From Callorhinchus milii (taxonomy: Eukaryota): a stretch of DNA of 64,000 nt. Shown in pieces: positions 1-11,339 of the stretch. The notes under the pieces were generated by a model. That model saw nothing but the letters and a program-made list of their open reading frames with translations. It made no database searches and had not been told where the DNA came from. Positions within the stretch are counted from its first letter, which is position 1. Every line of letters begins with the position of its first letter. Position numbers and translations under genes: made by a program. The stretch covers positions 29,266,001 to 29,330,000 of the forward strand of contig NW_024704743.1 of the NCBI RefSeq assembly GCF_018977255.1. Reading direction: 5' to 3'.

Positions 1-475
1 AATCCTTTGGTTAACACGCCTGCTGATTGCAGTAATGGTGCTGCTGTGCCCCCAAAGCAGGAAACTAAACAAGACCTTTTACAGCTCGGAAAATGTACAG
101 CAGAGTACCTCAAAAGCAAAAAGGCGATCAGCTGTATTTTGGCCTCAGTTTAGCTTGACTTACTGCCTCAATAATACTGAACCTCAGCTCTGTAACTAGA
201 GCTTGCATTTTCCCTATTGGTACTCCTCCCTCTCTGCCAAGTTCAATTTTTCATTGTCTTTCTGTGCCCCCAGTAAACCATTAAGGTCAAATGTATGAGA
301 CTGTCAATGTCATCTCAGCTGAAGCTGGTTATTTTACCAAATTGAAAAAGACGATTCGGTTCTACTTGCTGCTGTTACTTTTTGGGAGTTTGTGTAAGTC
401 CATATGAGAACATTAAAAATGTATATTGTTAAAAATATACAAATGACGACAGGAATGCCCTGGGAGCTGAGAAGA

Positions 476-652
476 TAACAATAATAAAAATCCTTGCATT
501 TGATATAGTGCCTTTCACATCAGAAGGATATCTCAAAGCACTTCACAGGATGGACTGTAAAGTGGAGTGACTGTGTGTTTTATAGGCAACAATGCCGGAC
601 AATTTCACCACATCAATTCCCCCAAAACAACCATAAAGTGAATTTTATTTGG
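476..652 (-). mobile_element. Old DeuSINE-like SINE, 3' part
   Basis: Reverse-strand tail AATAATAAAAATCCTTGCATTTGATATAGTGCCTTTCACATC...AAGCACTTCACAGG, shared with the other SINE copies in the window. Confidence 0.75.
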
Positions 653-1481
653 GGCTTGTACACAACTGTCATGGAGTCTGTTGCATGCTGTTTGGAATAG
701 GGCCAGTATGAAAGGTATTACCGAGGTAGGCTTGCTTTGCACCACCACCAATTTGATGGTTCCTGCTGCACTCAAAGACTGAACCGCAATGAAGCTTGGA
801 GCTATTCCATCCTGTGACTTGCAATACATCCATTGAATTGCAATCCCAAATTTTAGTAATGGAACCACCACCAAATTTCAGCAGTAACAAATCTACACAG
901 GAAATTAAAAGGAGGTGCATTTCTCAATTTGGCATGGTAGGGAATAGAATTGCTTGCTTGCACAGCAATTCTACCACCAACCTAGAAATTATATCAATAA
1001 TCTTAAATTAAAAAATTGAAGCAATATCTTTAAAACATTTTTCATTTTTAGCAGAACAAAACCCTTGCTGCTTAAAACACTTCCAGCTCATTCACCAAGG
1101 TGCAGCTGGTAGAACTATTACTGCATCGTATGCCCACCTACTACCACATGTGACCAGGAGGATGGATAGGTCATAGCAGACAGGACTAGCTCAATGAAGG
1201 TATTGATTCCGTACGGCTATAAATGCAACGTACAAGAATTTAAAAAAAACTTCAAAAGAAGAATAAAAATGTGCCATAATTGCATGAAAAGAAGCCTTTC
1301 ACCCAACTTTGTCTCTGACTCTATGGGGCACAACATTGAAAAATAATAGTAAACTGAAATTGTTTTCTGCTGTTTATTAGCAAACGTTGTTCAAAACCAT
1401 CTGATGCTTATGTAAAACATCCATAAAACAGAACTTCTGTTCACGGTATGGGAGCAAACTGGGACTTAACTGCTGAGTTAT

Positions 1482-1870
1482 TGCTCCCCAGTGTATACTG
1501 GGTAAGGGCACCACTAAGCCACATTAAGTCGTTGAGAGCAGAAGGTCGCAAGTTCGATTCCTGGTCTGTGCCGAGTTGGCTGATCTCAGGGGCACTACTA
1601 TTGAGCTCACAGCCCCTGAGTTAGGGAGGGGAAGGAAAAATATCAGGAACAGTTTATGCCCTTGACCGCCATCCAGTGAGCTCTGCTGGAATGTGTGGAA
1701 ATCCGGTGAGGGTAAGATCGGACTTCGGTTTGATGCCCTGTACAGTGACTAGCCTGCAAATACTGTCTAGACTTACACATGAAGAATGTGAGGTACCAGA
1801 GGGCTACCATCCCCATGTGGAAATATCCCCAAGCATGACTCAGTGCCTTGAGGAGATGAGGAGGAGGGGA
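1482..1870 (+). mobile_element. Ancient tRNA-head SINE-like element ('family B', name uncertain)
   Basis: B-box-like AGTTCGATTCC, then GGTCTGTGCCGAGTTGGCTGATCTCAG...ATCCAGTGAGCTCTGCTGGAA...CACATGAAGAATG...GAGGTACCAGAGGGCT; diverged homologs at 2090, 14245, 38940 and 45949. Confidence 0.65.
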
Positions 1871-2089
1871 AGTTATATTATTCCCCTAATGCCCCATTTC
1901 TATTGTCCTTTGCAAACTGCAATGCTTCCTGTATAGTGTAATCTGGCCTGCATAAGATAACCTTACTGGGTCAGACTTTTCCCAAAGTGGTCTGAGCCAA
2001 TTTCTACCAGATGTCCATTTCTTGGTGGTCTTTTCCCAGCATGTGCACTAACTGGCTGCAACAAAACCTTTACACAGTTATTGTACTTA

Positions 2090-2385
2090 CTCCCCCCGAT
2101 GACTCAGTGGGTAAATACATCAGTGACCAGAAACTCATCTGGTCTTTGCCTGGAGGTCACTAAAATTTATGATTTTAGAGTATTCTTAAATTCTGTATCA
2201 AATTGGAAGCCGGTTTTCCTTAGTTCTTAAAAATTTGGGATCTCAGGTGATGGCACAATTAGGTTTGGTTCTCTTGTTGTCTATAGTTGAAAAGGCTGCC
2301 AACCCTCACTGTATAGGCTCAAGCAAGAAATGGCCACTTGGGCTAAGCACTGAAGGGCTGAAAGCACCAATGGAAGCACTTTCAG
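2090..2385 (+). mobile_element. Family B SINE-like relic
   Basis: CTCCCCCGATGACTCAGTGGGTAAAT head and AAGAAATGGCCACTTGGGCTAAGCACTGAAGGGCTG 3' part resemble the 1482 copy. Confidence 0.5.
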
Positions 2386-2899
2386 ACATTTAATGGGATA
2401 AGACGCAATAAAATGCAAATAACTGATTTTTTTCATGCAACAGTAACCTCATTTGTGAAAACCATCTCCTTCAGGAGATCATGGGAGAACATTGAGAAAA
2501 ATCAATAAATATTCTTTATTTTTTGCAGTTAAAAATAAATGGTTTAGAAACAAGCAACTTTACATTTCCAATCATAGATCAGTGGGTAACAGTGGAAAGA
2601 TGAATTCTGATACAGTCCATTTTTGAAATACGTGCAGCTATGTTTTCCTCTGTCAAGCTGATCTCTTAAGAAGAATCAATGGTGCATCATGTATGCACTC
2701 ACAAAACTCTGCTTAAGGCTATTCATGGCATTTTGCTCACCAGAATTCTTTAACAGATCTGAATTCCATTGCAACAACTTTTCTTTGAATCAATCTACAA
2801 GGACACCCATAGTCTATCTGAACATGTCAAAGATGTAACTAATAACAGATAATATTAATCCTTGTACAATATTTGTATTTGACACAGGACCAAAATGGG

Positions 2900-3070
2900 A
2901 GCCTGTCTCAAAGTGCTTGACAGAATTTACTGCAAAGTATAGTTTATTTTCCAGGTGAGAACAGCAGTCAATTTGTGCACAGTAATGCGCCACAAACAGC
3001 CATGAAGTGAATGGTCAATTTTCTCAGGGGGATTGCAGGCCAGGACACCAGGCGAAACTCGCTTCTCTCT
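2900..3070 (-). mobile_element. Old DeuSINE-like SINE fragment
   Basis: CCACAAACAGCCATGAAGTGAATGGTCAATTTT...GGCCAGGACACCAGG matches the reverse strand of the old SINE body. Confidence 0.7.
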
Positions 3071-4047
3071 TAACACATGCTAAAGGTGCCTCTGAAACAG
3101 AACTGTAATACTGATCAATCTGAATTCTGGTTTCAATGTTATGCGAGATGAAAAACTGAAAAGCTTACAGCGGAAAACAAGATCTTATTAAATCGTTACA
3201 AGCAAAAGCAAACACTAATCATACAACTAGATTACGTCCAGGATTAAAATGGAAAGCGAGTGAAAGGGGATTACTGGTATCCTCCTGGGACTGCATGACA
3301 AGACCCAAAAGGCACTTTTGTGCAAAAGTAGAAAATATAAGAGTGGGAACGACACTTTTTTCTTCCATGGAACACTTCAGGGGATTAATACCTTCAGCGT
3401 GGACGTCTAGGCCTTTATATTTCTGAAGTCATTTGTCGTTATTGATCAGTGGTAATCTTTCCACCCTTTTCTAAATTTATATGCGCCGTTTCCGATTGTT
3501 AAAACATAACTGGTTGCACTTCATTCATGATGATTACTAGTTGATTTTAATTGGCCTTAAATGGGTCGCCCCATGTGGAGAGCACTTTCATGTAGTGTGA
3601 AGTGCCCAGTCCATTGTAACAGAAACTGCTAGCATTAAAAAGCCAGTGTGAAAGAGAGGGACACATTTGTTTTGCTGGAATGCTAGTTTTTTTTGCATCA
3701 TTTGGGACATCTCAAGAGGTCGCAGGAAAGATAAGGTACTATATTTCTGGGGTTTCGTCACAGAATGCCATTTTCACATTGTATTGAGCAGGTTTACCCA
3801 GATTTTGGAGTGTATTATTGTGGAAAATCATTCACTGTGGAGTAATGTTTAATTACTCATTCCCACATTTCCCTATTGCTGGAGTGATTACCTCATAGCA
3901 CAATGTATTTTGGATTATTTTCTAGTTTAAAAAAGTCATTTAAAATGCGGGCATTGAGTGGCTGGAGAAACGCAGGTTAAGTTTACCTTGGAAATTGAAG
4001 CTGAAGACGTTCGTCTGATCTCCCGGTCAACGTTTATTTTGAGGGAA

Positions 4048-4584
4048 ATGAACGCAGACTTACTTGGTGCTATGCAGGAAATTGATGCGGAGGATATAGA
4101 AGGTTTGAAATTAAACCATTAACAGCAAATGTTTATACACGGATACCCTTGAACACTTGCCGAAAATTGAGAGATCCAGAGCAGACCAATTGTCCAAGTG
4201 ACAAATATACAACGTAACTAGTTTACAGTGAAACTTTTTATTAAGAGGAAAAAGTCCCCCATATTTCTAATTCACTTTCCCATTTAACAACATGTAATAC
4301 CTCTCTTGTTATAATTAAATTACTGCTTGTTCATGATGAAAATCTGAACAGAAACCTTCCATTGTTTAGTCCATTAAATGTCTGGTGAATGCACCTCATA
4401 GATCAATGGAAACCATTGCTCCCAGTTGTAAAGAAGCTGATCTCTGCACACATTATGCTTATTTTTTNAAGAAAGCAATAATTCCAGTTCATCTTCAAGC
4501 AATGGTCTGCTATTCAGTGTGGAATCTTTTGAAGAAGCTTATGGTCAGGATCCTGAACTTAAATCATACACTCCATTCAAATAA
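4048..4584 (+). CDS. Candidate spliced small ORF, coding segments 4048-4102 and 4472-4584, 55 aa acidic/Ser-rich peptide MNADLLGAMQEIDAEDIEESNNSSSSSSNGLLFSVESFEEAYGQDPELKSYTPFK
   Basis: ATG 4048 with G at -3; donor AAG|GTTTGA after 4102; acceptor TTATTTTTTNAAG| before 4472; phases match (G+AA = Glu); TAA 4582-4584; AATAAA near 4697; upstream acceptor TTATTTTCTAG| at 3925 and donor ATAAG|GTAC at 3735 could define 5' UTR exons. No homolog recognised. Confidence 0.3.
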
Positions 4585-4708
4585 GTGGTCCACTGTCACT
4601 GGACCTGAACTTTCTTCTTTCTTCATTTTGTCACTGATATGCGCAGTAGGGTGACTCCCAATGCATTGGAAATGTTATTCATGGTTGGAGAAAGGAATAA
4701 AAGGGCAG

Positions 4709-5016
4709 GGAGTCCTATAACTCAGTGGTTAGAGCACTCGCTTTGCAAGTGAGAGACCTGGGTTCGATTCCTGGCAGGGTGAAACCTTGGACAAGTTTCC
4801 TTACTCCACAAGCCTGATAATAATCCCTCAAAGAAAAAATAATAAATTGGTCACTCAATCCACGACTGCTTGTGGGACACTGTTGTGTGCAATTAGCTGC
4901 TGCGTTTCGCCCACAAATATAGTCAATTCACTTTACAGTCTATTCTGTGAAGCGCTTTGAGACGTTTAGAAGACGTGATAAGGCACTATATGAAATGTAA
5001 GGATATATTGTTATTA
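4709..5016 (+). mobile_element. Young tRNA-Ala-derived SINE (short subfamily), full length
   Basis: Head GGAGTCCTATAACTCAGTGGTTAGAGCACTCGCTTTGCAAGTGAGAGACCTGGGTTCGATTCC with A/B boxes and TGC anticodon loop; hairpin tail AGCGCTTTGAGACGT...GACGTGATAAGGCACT; (TTA)n-like end. Confidence 0.9.
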
Positions 5017-5359
5017 GGAGAGGTTGTGGGGAGGGTTAAAATGGGTGGAGACTCATGTGGAGACTCATAAGCACTGGCACAGACAAGTCGGGCTGAATGC
5101 TTATATCAATGCTGAAGATTCTATGTTATTCTAATCATTGCAGTTTTAAAATGTTCCCACAATTCTACATGATCGTATATTGTATGAAAATATGGTTTCA
5201 GAGGTTAAGAATAGATGAAACTTAAGGCCTTTAAGATAACATAACATTCAATTGATCATATTCTTAATGACCTACAATGAAAAAATGTATTTCTCTAGAA
5301 ATATGGGGGATTTCTTAACTGTTTTTCTTAACTATGAAATGAAGTCTCTGATGCTGACT

Positions 5360-5770
5360 CTCTGGAGTGTTGTTCCAAATCGATCTATGTTCAGAGCGGA
5401 GTTCCCTTGAGATAATGTGGTATCTTGAGAGAACATGTCTCAGGGAGGATCTTATAGAAGTGGATAACATTTCAAATAGGATTGAAAAAGTAAACCCAGA
5501 ACAATACTTTAGGATGTACCAAGGAAGTAGAACAACTCACATTTATATAGTGCCCTTCACATGGGCAGTGTCTTGGCACGCTGACAGAACAAGAGGAGAT
5601 AGGTTTAGAGTCGCAAAGGGCAATTTCAGGACAGAGACCAGGAAGTAGTTCTTCTTTACTCAGAGCGTAACAGGTTGCCAGGAAGGGTGGCTGAGGCCAG
5701 GACACTGGACTTGTTTAAAAACAGCTTGAGGTTGTGATGGGAGGATAGTAAGGTGGATGTTCTAGAGGCT
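5360..5770 (+). mobile_element. CR1 LINE ORF2 C-terminal fragment, decayed
   Basis: Translates to SLE..LREDLIEV..RIEKVNPEQYF..RTRGDRFRVAKGNFRTETRK*FFFTQ, typical of the CR1 ORF2 C-terminus; interrupted by a ~50-bp L2 tail stub. Confidence 0.8.
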
Positions 5771-7450
5771 GAAGAGCCTTTACAACTTGCAGTTAATGGA
5801 ATGAGTCTCCAGTCGAGTGTGAAAACCTCTTAAGAAATAGTTCCTGCCCTCCAATTCCATTCATTATCTAAGTAACAGAGATCAAGAAACAACAATGCAA
5901 AAGGTTTAACAGAAATAGGATGTCATTGTGCCTTTTAGGGATGAAGTATATGCCTTGCACTTGACAGGCATTAAACTCTAGCCTCAGAGTTGCATCCCCA
6001 GTGCTTTATTTAACATTACAGCTGCTGTAATTTTTAAGCAAGAGTTTGTCAAATGAACATAAAAGTGCCATTCAGTTTACCAGAAGAGAATAAAGCTTTT
6101 TTTTTAAAAAGTAAATTTTCACCATAATTGTAAAAGCAGATTTGGTTCATGGTATACCTGTTTTAATCTTTTTTCCAAACTAAATGATTGATTTATGTAT
6201 AAATTGTACTGCATTTAGGTCTTTTGCTGGCTATTGATTGATTGTTTAGATTAGTGCTGCCATATTTGAAAAATCTGTACAGTTTATTTAAAAAAAGACA
6301 TGAAAAAGATGCACTGCACTTCAAACCAAAGATCTGGCACAGAAAATAAGGAGACATTAAACTGCTTACTTGAATCAGGAGTAAACTCATAAACTAGTGC
6401 ATTCATGCATGACCTCAACAGAAGAGGCCTCTCATGCAGAAAATCTGTGGCTTCTGGCTGAAGGGCGTATTTGAGTACTTTATCTGTTCAATTATTACCA
6501 CCAGAATATATGTCATTCATATGGTTTATACCCACTGCTCTTTAGGTCACACAAAGAAACCAAAAGCATCTGCTACAGTATTTGCAAATCTTAAAATCAG
6601 ATGAGATAAAAATCAGTCTTTGTTTCCCCAATCGGCAATTTCGTCAAAGGCCCCAAAGGAGAGACGAGAGGACCACACAACAGACAACGTAATAAAGGGG
6701 CATCTTCTGCAAAGCTGGTGTACATCCAGAAGACAAGGGGCAAAACGCTGGGATGCCTGTTAGCTTTTCCTTGTAGTAATAATAATAATAATCCTTGCAT
6801 TTGATATAGTGCCTTATCATGTCTTTGAGACAATCTTGTACCTGCAGTTTCCCTATTCACTCAGTTCCTGGGCTCGCTCATGCCACAAGAGGGAGGTGCC
6901 GAGCAGGGGCTGGGGTCTTCCCTGTAGGAGTGAGGAGTGGGAATCACCTGGATACAGCTTGGCCTACATGTAACTTGTCTTCTGTAAGTAATAAGGCATT
7001 GCAAAAATACAACCTCTGGTCATGGGTTGAGAACTAATTTGCAATACTTGCCTACAAAATACAGTCACTACATTGTACAGCAGATCCTGTCCTCCAAAAG
7101 TGAAAGGCATATATCTAAACTAGCAGTTATTATCATCATTATTATATTTGCAAAACTGTAATTTCCAAATGTTGTTAAAATGTGAAAACAAAGTCTCTAG
7201 AGCAAATCAGATCACATGTAATGCAAACTGGTTCATCTGGTTTACTCTCTGGCCTTTTTTTTGCTTACTTTAACAGTTTTTAGAAATCGTAATTAGGTGG
7301 AAAACTAGAAGTCGGAATTTGTGCTTTCCACCACATTTCTTGAATGCCACAAATTAGAGCCGGTGAATCCTCAACGTCTCCAAATAGAGGTATGAAAGAA
7401 GAATAAAAGAGCTTGTCCCTGCTTTGAGAAGATTGAATCCTTTTTTCTTC

Positions 7451-7830
7451 ACAACAACAATTTGCATTTATATGGCGCCCTTCACACAGGATAATGTCTT
7501 GGAGAGTTTTACAGTGATGGGGTCGAGATGCAGAGCAGGCAAAGTGGGAGAAAGTGACCATAGGTGTGGTCGATGAAGTAGGTTTTAAGGCGGGACACAT
7601 TGAGAGGTGGTGAGATATAGGGATAGAGGGAGAGAGTCACAGAGGTTAGGTGCTTAGAATCTAAAAGCTCAGCCACTGATGGTGGTGCACAGAGGGCAGA
7701 GGAGGCGCCCTAAGCCTGAGTAGAGTAAGAGGAGGTCACAAAGATAGGGAGGTACTTGGCTGTGAAGGAATTTATCCGTGAGGGTGAGAACTTTGAAACT
7801 GATCTGCTGGGAGCCAGGAGGCTCTGGTGA
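7451..7830 (-). mobile_element. L2 LINE 3' fragment
   Basis: (CAA)n tail then TTTGCATTTATATGGCGCCCTTCAC and a purine-rich body similar to the 10152, 22841 and 33633 L2 copies. Confidence 0.7.
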
Positions 7831-8011
7831 AGAAGATTAACACAATAAACAATGGTGTAGAATGACCAATTGCTATTCCTCCTTGGTACAGTCTATAGGC
7901 ACGGAGGAGAAGGGTGTACAAGTGCAACAGGAACACAGTAACATTAATCTATCAGGAACTTGAATCATTATGAAGGTGCAGCCATACAAAGAGTAGTTTA
8001 GCATTGTGTCA

Positions 8012-8232
8012 TCCTGTTTCAGTTGGTAACACTCTCACCTCTGCGATGTTAACCAGGGTCCTATCTGCCAGTTCACGTGGACATTAAAGATCCCATGGCA
8101 CAATTTGAAAAGAGAAAGGAGTTTTCTTCCCCCAAATAAAATTGGTCATTCACTTCATTCACTTTATGGGATACTGCTGTGAACAAACTGATTGCCACAT
8201 TCGCCTACAAATACATTGTCACTATACTTCAC
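8012..8232 (+). mobile_element. Old DeuSINE-like SINE, internally deleted
   Basis: TCAGTTGGTAACACTCTCACCTCTG head; GTGGACATTAAAGATCCCATGGCACAATTTGAAAAGAG Deu-like core. Confidence 0.75.
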
Positions 8233-8295
8233 ATGCTGATGTACTCAAAATGACTGCGGTCTTGACGACAAAAAGTTACTACATGTGAAAGCAAT

Positions 8296-9715
8296 TAGGA
8301 TTATAGGAACAGGAGGAGGCCGTTCAGTCCTTCGAGCCTGTTCCACCATTTAATTAAGATCATGGCTGATCTGAACCTCAACGAATCCTTCCAATTCCAA
8401 TTTTCCGCGTTCTCTCCATATCCCTTAATACCCTGACCTACCAAAAATCTATCAACCTCACTCTTGAAGGTGTGGATGGATCCAGCACCCATGGAGAGAA
8501 TTCCAGATTTCTATCAGCATTTGAGTGAAAAAATGCTTCCTGATTTCACTCTTAAATGGCCTGGTTCTAATTTTGTATCTACCCTATCAAGTCCCTTTAT
8601 CATCTTAAACACCTCAATCAAATCACCCCTCAACCTTCTAAACTCAAGGGAATATAATCCAAGTTTACGCAGCCTTTCCTCATAACTTAACCCTTTTAGG
8701 CCTGGTAACATTCTGGTGAACCTGCGCTGCACCCCCTCCAGGGCCAATATATCTTTCCTGAGGTGTGGTGCCCAAAACTGAACGCAGTCTCCAGATGAGG
8801 TCTGACTGACGCTCTGTACAGCTGAAGCATCATTTCGTCCCCTTTGTATTTCAGGCCCTTTGATCTCAACATTCCATTCGCCTTTTTGATGACTTTTTGC
8901 ACCTCAGAACTAGTTTTTAGTGATTTGTGGATATGGACACCCAAATCTCTTTGCTCCTCCAGTTCTTAATTTCTCCCCATTAAGAAAATATTCTGCTTTA
9001 TCTTTTTTCGGTCCATAGTGGATGACCTCGCACTTCCCTACATTGAACTTCATCTGCCACAGCTTTGCCCACTCACTTAACCTAAGTCCTGTTGTAACTT
9101 CCTATAATAATAATAATAATCCTTGCATTTGATATAGCGCTTTTCACGTCGGGAGGACGTCCCAAAGCGCTTCACAGAACACACTGTAAAGTGAATTGAC
9201 TGTATATTTGTGGGCGAACGCGGCAGCCAATTGTGCACAGCAATGTCCCACAAACAGTCGTAGATTGAAAATGACCAATTTATTATTGTTTTTGGTTTTG
9301 GAGGGATTATTATTAGGCGTGTGGAGTAAGGAAACTTGCCCAAGGTTTCGCCCTCTGCCTGGAATTGAACTCAGGTCTCTCGCTTGCAAAGCGAGTGCTC
9401 TAACCACTGAGCTACAGGACTCCTACTCCCATCTACACAATTTACTGAGCCTCCTAGCTTAGTGTGATCTGCAAACTTGGATATAAAACCTTCTATTCCT
9501 TCATTCAAGTAATATATATATAGCAAATATCTGAGGTTCCTGTACAGACCCCTGGGGGACACTATTTGTCAAGTCCCACCAATCAGAGAATGTTCCCTTT
9601 AACCCTACTCTCTGTTCCCTGTCTCCCAAACAATTACCAAGCCACGTTACAAAGTTACCTCTGATCCATGTGCTTCCATTTTCACTAATCATCTTTTGTA
9701 TGGAACGTTATTCTT
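8296..9715 (-). mobile_element. CR1 LINE 3' portion (RT C-terminus plus 3' UTR), frameshifted, with nested SINE
   Basis: Minus-strand frames: VPQGSV, SKFADHTKLGG (degenerate FADD), [83 protein letters not shown]1-type tail GAAGGACTGAACGGCCTCCTCCTGTTCCT. Confidence 0.92.
9104..9423 (-). mobile_element. Young tRNA-Ala SINE, full length, inserted into CR1
   Basis: Near-consensus copy; CR1 sequence ...AACTTCCTA/CTCCCATCTAC... resumes on both sides. Confidence 0.92.
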
Positions 9716-9717
9716 AT

Positions 9718-10095
9718 CAATTCCAATTTCCCGCTTTCTCCCCATATCCCTTAAATACCTTGACATACCAAAAATCTATAATAATCCTTGCATTTGATAT
9801 AGCGCTTTTCATCTCTTCTAGATGTCTCAAAGGGCTTCACAGAATATACCATAAGGTGAATTGACTGTATATTTGTGGGTGAAATGCGGCAGCCAATTGT
9901 GGACAGCAGTGTCCCACAAACAGTCTTGGATTGAAGTGACCAATTTTATTATTTTTTTTCTTGAGGGATTATTATCAATTGTGTGGAGTGAGGAAACTTG
10001 CCCAAGGTTTCACCCTGCCAGGAATCGAACCAAGGTCTCTCGCTTGCGAGGCAATCAACCTCACTCTTGAAGGTGTGGATGGATCCAGCATCCAT
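9718..10095 (-). mobile_element. Second CR1 3' fragment split by a 5'-truncated young SINE (about 9779-10051)
   Basis: 9718-9778 plus 10053-10095 reproduce 8396-8493 (CCATATCCCTTAA..ACCAAAAATCTA/TCAACCTCACTCTTGAAGGTGTGGATGGATCCAGCA). Confidence 0.8.
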
Positions 10096-10151
10096 CCATG
10101 TTGGGACTTTGAGCTCGTGATTCAGGGTGACAGTCCAGTGCAATTACAATT

Positions 10152-10550
10152 ACAACAACAACAACTTGCACTTATATAGCGCCCTCCATGCAGGGTAGAG
10201 ACAGAGTGCTTAACAGTGGCGGAGCCTGACTTGGAGCCGGGGTGGAGGGTGGGGGGGGGAGGGGACCGTAAGCATGAAGGGAGGTAAGAAAGGGGAGGTT
10301 TTCAGGCGGGACTTGGAAAAGGGGAGAGAGGAGGCAAGGCAGAGGGATTGATGGAGAGTGTTCCAGAGCTTTGGGGAGTAGTGGCTAAAAAGGCAACCTC
10401 CAATGGTAGAGCGGAGGGTGCGAGGGACAAGCAGGAGGCCGGTGCCAGTTGAATGGAGACGCCGGGTGGTGGATTGGGGAGTAAGGAGGTCAGAGAGATG
10501 GAGAGGTGCCATGGAGTGAATGGATTTGAACAAAAATTACTGTGAAGAAC
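10152..10550 (-). mobile_element. L2 LINE 3' fragment
   Basis: ORF 10210-10533: FKSIHSMAPLHLSDLL...RSTIGGCLFSHYSPKLWNTL...FSKSRLKT, the L2 ORF2 C-terminus; (CAA)n tail. Confidence 0.85.
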
Positions 10551-10562
10551 TTTTAGACAATG

Positions 10563-10801
10563 ACTGTAAAGTGAATTGACTGTATATTTGTGGGCGAAAC
10601 GCGGCAGCCAATTGTGCACAGCAGTGTCCCACAAACAGTCCTGCATTGAAATGACCAATTATATTACGGAATTTTTTTTNCTTGAGGGATTATTATCAGG
10701 TGTGTGGAGTAAGGAAACTTGCCCAAGGTTTTACTCTTGCGAGAATCAAATCCAGGTTTCTCTCGCTTGCCAGGTGAGTGCTCTGAACACTACAGGTCTC
10801 C
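10563..10801 (-). mobile_element. Young tRNA-Ala SINE lacking its tail
   Basis: Matches the SINE body and head of the 9104 copy. Confidence 0.85.
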
Positions 10802-11339
10802 CAAGAGCCTCAGGATTTCCATGCATTAGGTGCACACCCTCAACAATGAGAGACCCTTTCATAAGGCAAGAAAAATGTGGGACATACTGAACTATTTCTA
10901 ATAATGTTTTTAAGATAACAGAAAATAAATGGATTTGTTTCGCAATGGTTTCAGGGCATGAATGGAAATGGCATGGTGGGTGGTCACTGAATATAACAAA
11001 ATCTTTCACCGTGATCCGAGCCTGTCACAACCCCAGTTGCAGTCAAGTCGGTCATAGCTTAAGTGATTGGGTAATCACAGAATATTCAACCGACAGTTAA
11101 AGACAACCTTACTTGTATTAATCCAGGAACCAAAATAAACTCGATAATACCGTAGAGACTATAATAATGTATGGCGAGTATTAAGGACAGGGGTAGGAGG
11201 TTCTCTTCTATAAATTACATACACAAGACATCGTATTTGTGTTGCATTGAAACACATACTGCCAATATACATGTAAATACTTATTGTATATATGAGGAAC
11301 TACTTGTAGTTATATCTGTAGGAAATAGATGCAGTGAGT

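Noticed and set aside
722..892. Minus-strand 171-nt exon-like segment (TTTCCTGTGTAG acceptor, CTCG|GTAATA donor, open frame LLLLKFGGGSITKIWD...)
   Set aside because: No recognisable protein similarity and no partner exons identified; unsupported without transcript data
3943..4047. In-frame C-G-H-TGA upstream of the candidate microprotein frame (KCGH*VAGETQVKFTLEIEAEDV), suggestive of a CxxU selenoprotein/thioredoxin motif
   Set aside because: An in-frame TAA lies just upstream with no ATG or good acceptor in between, the spacing does not fit a thioredoxin fold, and no SECIS-like ATGA..AA..GA element is visible before the polyA signal
4709..4785. tRNA-Ala(TGC)-like genes at SINE heads
   Set aside because: Acceptor stem not closed, no terminator, and contiguous with SINE bodies; these are SINE promoters, not tRNA genes
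11023..11189. TG...CA-bounded segment with AATAAA, possible solo LTR
   Set aside because: No target-site duplication and no second copy in the window
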